A DNA stretch of 64,000 nt from Bacteroidia bacterium (GCA_030158725.1 JAOASJ010000008.1:15860-79859); one strand, 5' to 3'. Shown: positions 40,197 to 51,163, counted from the stretch's first letter. Notes: generated from the sequence alone by a model not told the origin. Numbers and translations: made by a program.

Positions 40197-40229
40197 AAAA
40201 AAAAAGCCCGAAATAAATTTCGGGCTTTT
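40197..40229 (-). terminator. Rho-independent terminator
   Basis: A9-GCCCGAAA-taaa-TTTCGGGC-TTTT. Confidence 0.85.
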
Positions 40230-40246
40230 AAGAATATCAAATAGGA

Positions 40247-42346
40247 TTATTGGATGATGAATTTCTCCATTGAAGAGAAACCATTACCTTCAATTTTCAC
40301 GGTGTAAACACCTTTAGCAAAAGACTCAGTGTTTAAAGTGATGCTGTTAGCACCTTGTACTAAATCGTTAGCATCAATGCTTAATACCACTTGACCTAAA
40401 GTATTGTAAACATTTACTTTTACTTGCTCAGTGCTGTTTAAGTTGAAGCTTAAGTTGGTAGAACCAGCAACACTTGGGTTAGGATATACTTTGATACCAG
40501 AAGTTTCGTTGTTTACATCGTCAACTGACAAAACAGTTCCAACAGAATTGGTAGCTTGGAATACTTCTTTGGTGCTTAAGTCTTGGATAAATACAACAAC
40601 TTCACAGTCTTGTAATTCTTCAATGCTATTTTCAGTTGCAAGGTTAATGATGTTGGCAGTTTGACCATCTAGCGGCAATCTTACAACACCTGGAACAGTC
40701 CAAGTCATTGTAGGGAATACTTTAGCATTTCCTTTTGTTACAGCACCTAAAGCAGTACCACTAGCATCTGGAAGCATTTTTTTCAATACGTGGTGGAATT
40801 CAGTTTCACCGTTTGATTTAACGTTTTTAACTGTTTTCTTTTCAAGAATAGCAACAAACACCTTCATGTTAGGGTTGTTAAAATCTGACAATGGAGTTAC
40901 TTTAACGTCAACTACAACTTTCTTGAAGTTGATGGTATGGGTAGCTTCAATTTTAATGTAAGCAGGTTTGTTAGTGAATTGATCAAACAAAGCAGTTGTG
41001 TAAGAAGATGCGTTGCTGTTCCAACCGCCATCTACTTGCATATTTGGAATTGAATTAACGGCATATAAAGTTCTTCTAACATTTCCTTCTGCAGTGGTGT
41101 AAGGATCACCAGTTCCAGGCCAGCTCATTTGGTATTTGATAACCGCATATTGGCTAGGATCGTATTTAGGGAAAATGTTTTCGTCTGTATTTCTGTTACC
41201 AGCAACACAAGGACCGCAAGTTGAAGAAGTGAATACTTCGTGTAAAGCGACTCTTTGTACAAAATCAGCCAAAACAGTTACTGTTTTTGTTACACTGTCG
41301 TTGAATCCTTCACCATCTGCATTGCCATTGATATTGCTTAACCAAGCGGTTACTTTATAAACACCCACAGCAGATGGAGTCCAATTGCTGGTGGTAGCAA
41401 CAGTTGCATTAGCGTTTTGAGCGATGTTTACTGTAACTGGAGTTGAAACTGCAGGACCGTTGTTAATTGAGTAGTTGAAATTACAAGTGGTAATTGCAGA
41501 AGTTCCAATGTTTCTAAATACGCCTTTAATTGCGAAAGGTGCTTGGGTTAAAGCTAAGAAATCTGGCACTGAAGTACTCCAACCTTCTGCATTGTATGCT
41601 GGTTGAGAACCTTGAGCAAAAGAATAAAAAGAGTTGTCTGTAGAATTGAATAAGTTTTCAGTGATGCTTTGAGCACCTAAAGATGGTGAACCAGCAATTG
41701 TATAAGCAGTTGCAGCATCTATTTGGATACCTGCAGACATTTTAACATTAGAAGTGCACAACTGACCTGCAGAAGTAACACATAAAGTTTTCATGTCTAC
41801 AATGTGAATTTTGTTGCTTCCTTCTTCAAGAACGATAGACCAGTATGTCCAACCGCTTTGGATATTTGCTTCAGAGAAGAAGTTAAATTGTATCCAATAT
41901 TGTCTGTGTGGAGCTGTTCCAAAAGTTTTGGTAACAATGTTTGAAGGGTAAGTCGTGTTTGTATTTGGTTTCATTCCCAATACGCAAACTGAATTGTCAG
42001 GAATTGAAGCACTTGGCAAACTTAGGTTTGAAAAAGAACTTGGTAAAGTAGTTGATGCCACATCAAATGTGATAAAACCAGCATTACAAGCTTTCAAAGA
42101 AGTAACTGCATTGCCATTGAAATTAAATGCAAATGGAATGGTTTGGGTTGCACTGTATGCTACAGCAGAAGATGAAGGGCCAGTCCAGATAGATGACCAT
42201 CCGGTCAATAATGAAGCTGGGTTTTCGCCATCGGTGTTTACACCGCCTGGGTTCTTTCCTGCTTTCGTGTAAGGCACATAATAGTACTGCGCTGACACAG
42301 CACTTAAAACAAGAAATGAGACTAAAGTAAGTATGAGTTTCTTCAT
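40247..42346 (-). CDS. Omp28-related thioredoxin-like (CGPC) protein with T9SS type A CTD
   Basis: EVFTSSTCGPC, WPGTGDPY, HHVLKKMLP..G, VFIQD..KEVFQ, VYPNP CTD; start moved to MKKLIL. Confidence 0.85.
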   Translation of the reverse strand: MKKLILTLVSFLVLSAVSAQYYYVPYTKAGKNPGGVNTDGENPASLLTGWSSIWTGPSSSAVAYSATQTIPFAFNFNGNAVTSLKACNAGFITFDVASTTLPSSFSNLSLPSASIPDNSVCVLGMKPNTNTTYPSNIVTKTFGTAPHRQYWIQFNFFSEANIQSGWTYWSIVLEEGSNKIHIVDMKTLCVTSAGQLCTSNVKMSAGIQIDAATAYTIAGSPSLGAQSITENLFNSTDNSFYSFAQGSQPAYNAEGWSTSVPDFLALTQAPFAIKGVFRNIGTSAITTCNFNYSINNGPAVSTPVTVNIAQNANATVATTSNWTPSAVGVYKVTAWLSNINGNADGEGFNDSVTKTVTVLADFVQRVALHEVFTSSTCGPCVAGNRNTDENIFPKYDPSQYAVIKYQMSWPGTGDPYTTAEGNVRRTLYAVNSIPNMQVDGGWNSNASSYTTALFDQFTNKPAYIKIEATHTINFKKVVVDVKVTPLSDFNNPNMKVFVAILEKKTVKNVKSNGETEFHHVLKKMLPDASGTALGAVTKGNAKVFPTMTWTVPGVVRLPLDGQTANIINLATENSIEELQDCEVVVFIQDLSTKEVFQATNSVGTVLSVDDVNNETSGIKVYPNPSVAGSTNLSFNLNSTEQVKVNVYNTLGQVVLSIDANDLVQGANSITLNTESFAKGVYTVKIEGNGFSSMEKFIIQ

Positions 42347-42406
42347 AAAATAATTATTTTGATTGGTCAAATGTAAAGAATATCAGGAATTGAATTAATA
42401 AAAAGT

Positions 42407-43123
42407 TTACATTTTTTTCATCTCAGTATCCACAATTCCTACAACTGTCTGAAAAATAGATTTTTGCAAGCAATACACCATGTCTTCATCGTGGTGTAAA
42501 TGGGACAACCTTTTATAATGTGAAGATTTAGTTAAATAATCCATCAGATTTTCTTTAGCCATATTGTATAAATCAATAGACATTAATGCGGCATCGCAAT
42601 CTATCAAACAATTTGTTTTGTCTGACAAAGTTTTTGCCATAGCCCCAGCATATAAAGTATCTTCAAGGTTAAAACTGTCTTTCCAACCTGCGCAAAACAA
42701 TACCACATCACGACCATCCTTAAGCAACCATTCTGCCGTGGCTTCCAAATTTAAGAAACTTCCACTTAACACATTTGCTGCTCCATCATTTGCTGCGGCT
42801 TCAATACATTTTGTTCCATTGGTGGTTGTGAGTGCTATTTTACGTCCCTTAACCGCTCCATTCATGCACTCAAATGGAGAATTCCCCATATCAAATCCAT
42901 CTAGTTTTTGTCCATTTCTCTCGGCAGCTGTTAAATAGCCCTTTGAGCCTAAGCCTTTTGCTTGCTCAATGTCTTTTACCGCTTTAACCGCTTCAGCTCC
43001 TTCGTGAATTGCAGTGCAGATAGTAGAAGTTGCGCGCAAAATATCAATTACCACAACATTCTTATCTTTAATATCTGACAAGTGCAACAACGCTGGACTT
43101 AACACCACTTCTATATTCATCAT
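42407..43123 (-). CDS. comB: 2-phosphosulfolactate phosphatase family
   Basis: VVIDILRATSTI, GNSP, TTTNGT, CAGW..LED. Confidence 0.85.
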   Translation of the reverse strand: MMNIEVVLSPALLHLSDIKDKNVVVIDILRATSTICTAIHEGAEAVKAVKDIEQAKGLGSKGYLTAAERNGQKLDGFDMGNSPFECMNGAVKGRKIALTTTNGTKCIEAAANDGAANVLSGSFLNLEATAEWLLKDGRDVVLFCAGWKDSFNLEDTLYAGAMAKTLSDKTNCLIDCDAALMSIDLYNMAKENLMDYLTKSSHYKRLSHLHHDEDMVYCLQKSIFQTVVGIVDTEMKKM

Positions 43124-43183
43124 TCCACAATAGTAGATATCTATTTTTAAATTTCAAATTATTATGCTTTATTTTTGTCTATT

Positions 43184-44206
43184 ATGCGCTTCAAACTCCT
43201 TGTTTTAGTAATATCCTTCTGCATTTTAGGCCCCGTTTCTGCCTCAGGCAAACTTGATTCATGTATGTCCAAAGGCATTGCATTATCGCAACAAAAGAAC
43301 TATAAAAATGCCATCTTGGAGTTTGACAATTGTATTTCACAAAAATCAAATTACGCTGAAGCCTATTTCCAAAGGGGAACTTGCTACTTATTACTCAATA
43401 AACACAATATTGCTTTGGTCGACTTTAACCAAGCATTGAGACTCGACTCTAGTTTATACGAAGCATACTACAACCGCGCCTTGGCTGAACATGCCATTAA
43501 AAACTACACCTTTTCTGAAGCTGACTTTCTTTTATACAAAAGCCGTGTGCCCAGCGACCATAGGGTCTTGAGCAGTTTAGCCCTACTTATGGAAGACATG
43601 CAAGAATATCCTTCGGCTCTTAAGTATTACACTGAATACCTGAAATTTCATCCCAACGATTTCGAAACCTTAAAATCGCGTGCCATGGTGTATGCGGAAA
43701 TGAATTCGATTGAATTGGCCATTGCAGACCTAGATATTTGCCTTCGTCCCGATGCCAACGACACTGCAATTTGGATGAGTAAAGGCAATATATATTACGA
43801 TGCTCAAAGGTTTTCAGAAGCCATTGACGCCTACAATGTGATTTTACTTTTATACCCAGACAACAAAGCAGCCTTGTATAACCGAGCTGATGCTTATACG
43901 TCTTTAAAACGCTATGATGAGGCTATTAGAGATTACCAATACCTAAGTTCTAAAGACAAATACAATTCAGAATACTACTTTAATATAGGATTTTGCTATT
44001 TGCAGCAAGCTAAAAACCAAGAAGCGATTTTAAGTTTTGGAAAAGCTTTAGATACAGATTACACCAATCTTGGACTATTACTTATGCTTAGAGGTGTGGC
44101 GTATAACAATTTGAAACTGCAAGCAGAAGCTTGTTCAGATTGGCAAAAAGCGGTAGAGCTTGGCTACAAAGAAGCCCAAAAATACCGCAGCGATTTTTGT
44201 AAGTAA
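43184..44206 (+). CDS. Exported tetratricopeptide repeat protein
   Basis: Signal peptide; multiple AYxNRG/A TPR units; ACSDWQKAVELG end. Confidence 0.85.
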   Translation: MRFKLLVLVISFCILGPVSASGKLDSCMSKGIALSQQKNYKNAILEFDNCISQKSNYAEAYFQRGTCYLLLNKHNIALVDFNQALRLDSSLYEAYYNRALAEHAIKNYTFSEADFLLYKSRVPSDHRVLSSLALLMEDMQEYPSALKYYTEYLKFHPNDFETLKSRAMVYAEMNSIELAIADLDICLRPDANDTAIWMSKGNIYYDAQRFSEAIDAYNVILLLYPDNKAALYNRADAYTSLKRYDEAIRDYQYLSSKDKYNSEYYFNIGFCYLQQAKNQEAILSFGKALDTDYTNLGLLLMLRGVAYNNLKLQAEACSDWQKAVELGYKEAQKYRSDFCK

Positions 44207-44207
44207 A

Positions 44208-44951
44208 TTAGGCTTTAAATATCTTACTCTTTGCAATACCCCATTTATTAAGGCGGTATAGCATAGAAACTTTCAAAACACCTAATCCGTAAATACTACT
44301 TCTTTTGAAGTTAATGCTGCTCGCTTCATCAAAATACTTGGTTGGGCAAGTCAACTCACCAATTTCAAAACCGGCATAAAAAATCTGAGCAATCATTTCA
44401 TTGTCAAAAATGAAATCGTCTGAATTGGCTTCAATATTTATTTTCTCAAAAATTGATTTATCAAAAGCCCTGTATCCAGTGTGGTACTCAGACAATTTTT
44501 GACCCATCATAATATTTTGAAACAAGGTTAATAGTCTATTCGCTATGTATTTATACATTGGCATTCCACCTTTTAAGGCCCCTTTTCCAAGTATTCTACT
44601 TCCAAAAGCAACAGGGTAAACCTCATTTGCAATCATGTAGGACATACTTTCAATTAACTTAGGTGTGTATTGGTAATCAGGGTGCAACATCACAATAATG
44701 TCAGCGCCTATGCTCAAAGCTTTGGTGTAACATGATTTTTGATTTCCACCATAACCTCTGTTTACTTCATGTTTAATGATATGTTTAATTCCAAGCTCTT
44801 TGGCTTTAGCTATAGTCTCGTCGCGGCTATTGTCGTCAACCAATACCACTTCATCAACGATTTCAAATGGAATTTCGTTATATGTTTTCTCTAAGGTTGC
44901 CGCTGCATTATACGCAGGTAATACAACTGCAATTTTTTTCCCTTTAATCAT
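44208..44951 (-). CDS. Glycosyltransferase family 2 (DPM1-like)
   Basis: VVLPAYN, VDDNSRD, NRGYGGNQK, HPDYQY, HTGYRAF. Confidence 0.9.
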   Translation of the reverse strand: MIKGKKIAVVLPAYNAAATLEKTYNEIPFEIVDEVVLVDDNSRDETIAKAKELGIKHIIKHEVNRGYGGNQKSCYTKALSIGADIIVMLHPDYQYTPKLIESMSYMIANEVYPVAFGSRILGKGALKGGMPMYKYIANRLLTLFQNIMMGQKLSEYHTGYRAFDKSIFEKINIEANSDDFIFDNEMIAQIFYAGFEIGELTCPTKYFDEASSINFKRSSIYGLGVLKVSMLYRLNKWGIAKSKIFKA

Positions 44952-45033
44952 AAAGGACGCAAAAATAATCGATTATTTATTAAATTAATATTAAATACTT
45001 GATTAAACACAAAACATAAGCTAAACTTGAAGC

Positions 45034-45963
45034 ATGAAATACTATTTAGCACAATTCAGAGATCAAGTCTTCAATGGCTCTCTGTCTCTTTACAAACGCG
45101 TTTTTATTCAGTTTTTAATCCTAAATATCGTCATTGGACTTATTTCATTGGTGGTATACACCCCTTTGGTACTAAAACTTTTCAATTGGAATTTTTCTGA
45201 CCTGGTAGAATTTCAAACCAAAATGGAAGAAATGGGCGAATTGATGAAAAATGGCGGCGACCCCTCTTCTGCATTCGAAGGAATTTTCGGAACACCAAAC
45301 TATATTTACATATTACCGCTATTGCTTTTTGGAATGTTTATCGGTATTTGGTCTATGAATTTATACTACCAACTTAACGATGCAGAAGTCAGGAACAGCG
45401 ACAGAAGTATATTAACAGCGCTTAAGAATTCATTTTCACCACAGCTGTTTACTATTCTAGGATTTATGATTTTATACTATCTATTAAGTATAGCTTCATT
45501 TATAATATTCATGACTGTTGTGGTAATGATTATGCAAATAACCAAAGTACTTGGAATAATCATTGGATTCATAGGCTTCTTCTTCTTATTGTTTTTCTTA
45601 CTCCGTTTTTCACTTGGATTTGCAGCCATCGTACACGGAAAAATGAGCATTGGTGAAGCTTTCGGCTTTAGCTTTACCCATTTAACATTTAAAAGAGCGG
45701 CCATGCTTTTATTAATGGGCATAGTAACTTTAGTCGTTATGGGCATAGCCTCTGGTTTAGGCGGCATGCTGGTACATTTAATAGTCAACCGCGAGCACAG
45801 CGACCCTATGACCTATTATGTGGTAAGCCAAATATTTGGAACAATAATGGGCGTAATTGTTAGTACCTTTATCTTTACTGGAAGCAGTGCTTTATATTTC
45901 CGCTACAGCAATGATGAAGACCAATATGAAACTGAATTAAGCGAGCACTTAATCAACAACTAA
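45034..45963 (+). CDS. Integral membrane hypothetical protein
   Basis: About six hydrophobic segments, acidic C-terminus. Confidence 0.7.
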   Translation: MKYYLAQFRDQVFNGSLSLYKRVFIQFLILNIVIGLISLVVYTPLVLKLFNWNFSDLVEFQTKMEEMGELMKNGGDPSSAFEGIFGTPNYIYILPLLLFGMFIGIWSMNLYYQLNDAEVRNSDRSILTALKNSFSPQLFTILGFMILYYLLSIASFIIFMTVVVMIMQITKVLGIIIGFIGFFFLLFFLLRFSLGFAAIVHGKMSIGEAFGFSFTHLTFKRAAMLLLMGIVTLVVMGIASGLGGMLVHLIVNREHSDPMTYYVVSQIFGTIMGVIVSTFIFTGSSALYFRYSNDEDQYETELSEHLINN

Positions 45964-47486
45964 AACAAAGGAATACCATCCATTTCGGCTGGTATTTGAA
46001 TGTCCATCATTTTTAGAATACTTGGCGCAACATCGGCCAATTTACCTTTATGGTTTAGGGCTTTGCATTTATCACTGATAATAAAGCAAGGCACTGGATT
46101 CATGCTATGGGCTGTATTTGGTGAACCATCAGGATTGCGGGCTTCATCAGAATTCCCGTGGTCTGCAATGATAAACATTTGATATCCCTTCGACACAGCC
46201 AACTCAACCAATCTTTTCACGCACCCATCTACAGTTTCTGCAGCCTTTATAATTGCTTCCCAAACACCGGTATGTCCTACCATATCTGTATTTGCGAAGT
46301 TCAAACAAATAAAATCAAATTGTTCTGAAGCCACTGCTGCTTCAATTTTATCGGTCAAAAGCAAAGCACTCATTTCCGGTTGTAAATCGTAAGTCGCAAC
46401 TTTAGGAGAAGGTTCCATAATTCTAGATTCTCCTTCAAAAGGCTCTTCTCTTCCACCTGAGAAGAAGAATGTAACATGGGGATACTTTTCTGTTTCAGCA
46501 CTTCTCAATTGGGTTTTGCCCTGAGAACTTATGACTTCACCAAGCGTGTTGTTGACATTGCTAGAATGAAATACAACGTGAACGCCTTCGTAAGTAGCAT
46601 CATATTCCGTCATGGTGGCATAAAACAACTTTAGTTTTTTCATTCCAAAATCAGGAAAATCAGTTTGTGTAAGCGCTTGAGTAATTTGTCTACCTCTATC
46701 GGTTCTGAAATTAAAACACAATACCGCATCATCATCTTTAATAGTGGCCAAAGCATTGTTTTCAGCATCGACAATTACAGAAGCTTGGATAAACTCATCC
46801 GTAATATTTCCATCATACGCCGCTTGAATGGCATCTGTAGCTGAATGGAAACTTTTGCCATTGCCATTAACCATTAAATCGTATGCCAAGTGAATTCTTT
46901 CCCAACGCTTATCTCTATCCATAGCATAGTAGCGCCCTATTATGGATGCTATTTTTGCATTGGTGTTTTCGATCTTAGATTCTAAATATTGAACAAATGC
47001 TTTTCCACTGTTTGGATCGGTGTCACGTCCATCCGTAAATGCATGGATAAAAATATGCTGAACACCTTTTTCTGTGAATATTTTACACAGTGAAATCAAA
47101 TGCTCCATGCTGCTGTGCACGCCACCATCGCTTACCAATCCAGTTAAATGCAAAGGTTTCTTGTTTTGAATGCAATAGTTGGCCAAATCAGCAATTACCT
47201 TTTCATCGGCAGCAGAGCCATCTTCAAATTTCTTATTGATTAAAGCCAATTGTTGCCACACTACCCTACCTGCACCAATATTCATGTGACCAACTTCACT
47301 GTTACCCATCTGACCTTCTGGCAAACCAACAGCATTTCCAAAAGTAGTCAAAGTGGTATTGGGAACTGTATCAAACAATGAATCAACAAAAGGAGTTTTT
47401 GCATTGTAAATACCATCGGTAAAATCGTGTTTACCTATTCCCCAACCATCCAATATCATTAAGAAAACTTTGTTTTGATTTTGCAT
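45960..47486 (-). CDS. gpmI: 2,3-bisphosphoglycerate-independent phosphoglycerate mutase
   Basis: ILDGWG, GQMGNSEVGH, GRYYAMDRD, AETEKYPHVT, DMVGH, ADHGN; start moved to MQNQ. Confidence 0.97.
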   Translation of the reverse strand: MQNQNKVFLMILDGWGIGKHDFTDGIYNAKTPFVDSLFDTVPNTTLTTFGNAVGLPEGQMGNSEVGHMNIGAGRVVWQQLALINKKFEDGSAADEKVIADLANYCIQNKKPLHLTGLVSDGGVHSSMEHLISLCKIFTEKGVQHIFIHAFTDGRDTDPNSGKAFVQYLESKIENTNAKIASIIGRYYAMDRDKRWERIHLAYDLMVNGNGKSFHSATDAIQAAYDGNITDEFIQASVIVDAENNALATIKDDDAVLCFNFRTDRGRQITQALTQTDFPDFGMKKLKLFYATMTEYDATYEGVHVVFHSSNVNNTLGEVISSQGKTQLRSAETEKYPHVTFFFSGGREEPFEGESRIMEPSPKVATYDLQPEMSALLLTDKIEAAVASEQFDFICLNFANTDMVGHTGVWEAIIKAAETVDGCVKRLVELAVSKGYQMFIIADHGNSDEARNPDGSPNTAHSMNPVPCFIISDKCKALNHKGKLADVAPSILKMMDIQIPAEMDGIPLF

Positions 47487-47582
47487 GCGGCAAAGGTAAA
47501 TAAAATGCTTGAATCTGAGCAATGCTTGGGATCATGTAAATTCAAGTCAAAGTTCAATGGATAGAATATCTATATTTGCAAG

Positions 47583-48371
47583 ATGGAACTACAACATATC
47601 AGTGCTTCGCTTAATTCAATTGTTACGGAAACGGCTCATTTCATTGCAGAGCAAAGAAAAAACTTTACCCTCGATGCAGTGAGTGACAAAGGCTTGAATC
47701 AATTGGTTAGCTATGTTGATGTAGAGGCTGAAAAATTATTGGTCAACGCCCTGAGCCGTTTGGTTCCTGAAGCTGGATTTATAACTGAAGAAAACACCAG
47801 TGATGTAGGACGTAAAACCTTAAATTGGATTATCGACCCTTTGGATGGAACCACCAACTTTATACATGGATTGCCTGTGTATTCGGTAAGTGTGGCCTTG
47901 GCTGAGGGGCAGGAAATACTGGTTGGAGCGGTATATGAAATTGGCCGTAAAGAATTGTTTAGTGCCTGGAAAAACGGAGGTGCTTGGTGCAATGGGCAAG
48001 CCATTCATGTATCTAAAGAAACAGAATTAAAAAACAGCCTAATGGCAACTGGCTTCCCATATTATGACTTTGAACAAATGGATGCATACATCCACACATT
48101 AAAAGACTTGATGCAAAGCACACATGGCTTAAGAAGAATGGGCTCAGCGGCAGTCGATTTGGCTTATGTAGCTTGTGGTCGATTTGAAGGGTTTTTCGAA
48201 TACGGTTTACATGCTTGGGATGTTGCAGCTGGTTGCTTATTGGTGAAAGAAGCAGGTGGCAGTTTATGCGACTTTGATGGCAAAGACGATTTCCTTTTCG
48301 GCAGTTCAATAGTTGCCGACAACACAGGCATTCACTCAGCCTTGATGCAAATTATAGAAAATAGATTTTAA
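47583..48371 (+). CDS. suhB: Inositol monophosphatase family protein
   Basis: WIIDPLDGTTNF, RRMGSAA, WDVAAG. Confidence 0.9.
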   Translation: MELQHISASLNSIVTETAHFIAEQRKNFTLDAVSDKGLNQLVSYVDVEAEKLLVNALSRLVPEAGFITEENTSDVGRKTLNWIIDPLDGTTNFIHGLPVYSVSVALAEGQEILVGAVYEIGRKELFSAWKNGGAWCNGQAIHVSKETELKNSLMATGFPYYDFEQMDAYIHTLKDLMQSTHGLRRMGSAAVDLAYVACGRFEGFFEYGLHAWDVAAGCLLVKEAGGSLCDFDGKDDFLFGSSIVADNTGIHSALMQIIENRF

Positions 48372-48375
48372 GAAA

Positions 48376-48882
48376 TTAGTTCAATATTAATTTCAAATCA
48401 GCTTCATTGCTGTTGTCGAAATTAAGATGTTCTTGTAGGGTTGTTGCCATGCTTATACCAACAAAATCGGCACGTATAGGGTACATTCTATGGCTTCTTG
48501 AGGCCAAGACTGCCACTTGAATTTTACGCACCTTTTTCGAAACCAAAGGCATCATAGCCATCATTAAAGTTTTGCCAGTATTTAAAACATCGTCAACCAA
48601 AATAATGGTTTCGTTGTTTAGGTTATCCATAGAATCTGAAGAATGGTAGCTTGGTTCAAGAGAACTTGGGTCCAATTCAATTTGCATGATCTGGATTTTT
48701 TGTTCACTAATTTTAGCCAACTCATTGGCAATTCTATTGGCAATATACATTCCCCTTTGGTCGATGCCCGCTATCCAAATAACGGCTTCATCCATATTGT
48801 TCTCATATACCTGCCAAGCCAATCTGGTCAACTTGTGACTGATTTGCTTATGGTTTAATATAATGTCAGAAGATTGGCTCAT
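48376..48882 (-). CDS. PyrR-like phosphoribosyltransferase
   Basis: RLAWQVYE, ILVDDVLNTGKT, R.HR.YPI.ADFVG. Confidence 0.8.
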   Translation of the reverse strand: MSQSSDIILNHKQISHKLTRLAWQVYENNMDEAVIWIAGIDQRGMYIANRIANELAKISEQKIQIMQIELDPSSLEPSYHSSDSMDNLNNETIILVDDVLNTGKTLMMAMMPLVSKKVRKIQVAVLASRSHRMYPIRADFVGISMATTLQEHLNFDNSNEADLKLILN

Positions 48883-48919
48883 ATATGGTTTCAAACCTAC
48901 AAGAAATTCAAATAATAAA

Positions 48920-50110
48920 CTAATCCAAAATTGCTTTTACACCTGGAAGTTCTTTGCCTTCGAAATATTCTAACAAGGCACCACCACCAGTTGAAACATA
49001 AGACACTTGATCCGCCAAATGGAATTTGTGAATTGCCGCTGCACTGTCGCCACCACCAATTAAACTGAAACCACCATTTTTGGTTTGTTCAGCTACTGCT
49101 AGCGCTACTGCTTTGGTACCAGCTTCAAAACTGCTCATTTCAAACACACCCATTGGGCCATTCCACAATACTGTTTTTGAATTGGAAATGACTTCACAAA
49201 ACAATTTGCTTGCTACTGGTCCAATATCCAATCCCATGTAATCATCTGCAATATTGTTGTTGTCAGACACATTGGTATTCGCATCGTTGGCAAAATTATC
49301 AGCCACTACACTGTCAACAGGCAAGTATAAATTCACACCTTTTGATTTTGCTTTTTCAATTAATTCAAGAGCCAATGGCATGCGGTCGTCTTCGCACAAA
49401 GACTTTCCGATTTTTCCACCTTGTGCTTTTGCAAAAGTATAAGCCATTCCGCCACCAATAATAATATTGTCAGCAATGTCCATTAGGTTTTCGATGATTA
49501 ACAATTTATCAGAAACTTTAGCCCCACCAACAATTGCGGTGAATGGTCTTTCAGGATGTTTAACTACTTTTTCAGCATTGGCAATTTCATTGGCCATTAC
49601 ATAACCGAAACATTTTTTACCCGTAAAGAATTGAGCGATTACAGCGGTTGAAGCATGTGCTCTATGAGCGGTACCGAAAGCATCATTCACATAGAAGCTA
49701 CCGTATTTTGATAATTTCTCAGCAAATTCAACATCACCTTTTTCTTCGTTTTTGTAGAAACGTAAGTTTTCAAGCAATAAAATTTCACCCGCTTTTAAGT
49801 TAGATGACAATTCAGTTGCAGAAGCACCAATACAATCGTCAGCAAACAAAACTTTAGCTCCACTTAATTGTTCAATTCTAGAGACAATGTGTTTTAAAGA
49901 GTATTTTTCAGTTGGTCCTTCTTTTGGTCTGCCTAAATGGCTCATTAAAATACATGAACCACCGTCATTCAATATTTTTTTGATGGTAGGAATGGCTGCA
50001 GCAATCCTAGAATCGTCGGTAATATTAAAATCAGAATCCAAAGGAACATTGAAGTCTACACGGATAAGAACTTTTTCGTCTTTAAAATTGAAATTGTCTA
50101 CAGTTAACAT
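48920..50110 (-). CDS. pgk: Phosphoglycerate kinase
   Basis: [37 protein letters not shown]. Confidence 0.98.
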   Translation of the reverse strand: MLTVDNFNFKDEKVLIRVDFNVPLDSDFNITDDSRIAAAIPTIKKILNDGGSCILMSHLGRPKEGPTEKYSLKHIVSRIEQLSGAKVLFADDCIGASATELSSNLKAGEILLLENLRFYKNEEKGDVEFAEKLSKYGSFYVNDAFGTAHRAHASTAVIAQFFTGKKCFGYVMANEIANAEKVVKHPERPFTAIVGGAKVSDKLLIIENLMDIADNIIIGGGMAYTFAKAQGGKIGKSLCEDDRMPLALELIEKAKSKGVNLYLPVDSVVADNFANDANTNVSDNNNIADDYMGLDIGPVASKLFCEVISNSKTVLWNGPMGVFEMSSFEAGTKAVALAVAEQTKNGGFSLIGGGDSAAAIHKFHLADQVSYVSTGGGALLEYFEGKELPGVKAILD

Positions 50111-50188
50111 TTTATTAAATTAAATTTTGAGACTGCAAAAATAAGTCAAAATATTATTCTTTAATTTGCAAATATTTATTTCCATTCA

Positions 50189-51163
50189 TTGGGCGCATCC
50201 ATAGACCATATAAAACTACCGATTAACAAGGAACTAGAAGCTTTTGAAAAGACTTTTAGCAGCAGCATGAAAACGAATGTTCCCTTGTTAAACACGATTA
50301 TGACCTATATCGTGAAGCGCAAAGGCAAGCAAATTCGCCCCATGTTTGTTTTATTTTGCTCAAAACTGCATGGTGAAATAAATGAAAGAACTTATAGAGG
50401 AGCAAGTTTAATAGAACTTCTACACACCGCTACCCTAGTCCACGATGATGTGGTTGATGGCAGCGATATGCGCAGAGGGTTTTTCAGCATCAATGCACTA
50501 TGGAAAAACAAAATTGCCGTATTGGTTGGCGATTTTTTATTGGCTAAAGGTTTATTGCTTTCTATAGACAACGACGATTTTGACATGTTGAAAATCGTTA
50601 GCGAAAGTGTCAAAAAAATGAGTGAAGGCGAGCTTCTTCAACTTGAAAAAGCCCGACGCTTAGACATTACTGAGGAAGTTTACTACGACATCATCACTAA
50701 AAAAACCGCTTCATTAATTGCCAGTTGTTGCGCACTTGGCGCCGCCGCAGCGCACAGCAGCAAAGAAGTAATAGAGCAAATGCGTTTATTCGGAGAATAC
50801 ACCGGAATAGCCTTTCAGATTAAAGACGACTTGTTCGATTATGGCGATAACAATGTTGGAAAACCAACGGGCTTGGACATAAAAGAAAAGAAAATGACTT
50901 TGCCTTTGATTTATTCTTTGAACAATTCGAGCAATAAAGAAAAGCAACACATTATCAATTTAATCAAAAACAAAAGCGATAAGAAAAAGTCGGTTCAAGA
51001 AGTCATAGACTTTGTGATGTCGAAAGGTGGATTTGAATATGCACAAAAATGCATGAAAGAATACCAACAAAAAGCTTCTGAGATTTTGTTAACCATGCCT
51101 GATAATACTTCAAGACAAAGCTTGCTTGAATTATTGGATTTTGTCATAGAACGCAAAAAATAA
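50189..51163 (+). CDS. ispB: Polyprenyl diphosphate synthase (TTG start)
   Basis: GKQIRP, LVHDDVVD..RRG, KTA, FQIKDD. Confidence 0.85.
   Translation: MGASIDHIKLPINKELEAFEKTFSSSMKTNVPLLNTIMTYIVKRKGKQIRPMFVLFCSKLHGEINERTYRGASLIELLHTATLVHDDVVDGSDMRRGFFSINALWKNKIAVLVGDFLLAKGLLLSIDNDDFDMLKIVSESVKKMSEGELLQLEKARRLDITEEVYYDIITKKTASLIASCCALGAAAAHSSKEVIEQMRLFGEYTGIAFQIKDDLFDYGDNNVGKPTGLDIKEKKMTLPLIYSLNNSSNKEKQHIINLIKNKSDKKKSVQEVIDFVMSKGGFEYAQKCMKEYQQKASEILLTMPDNTSRQSLLELLDFVIERKK

Noticed and set aside
38307-40229. Recurring palindromes as CRISPR repeats or integron attC sites
   Set aside because: Separated by whole genes, have A/T tracts typical of terminators, lack attC core sites; no cas or integrase gene in the window
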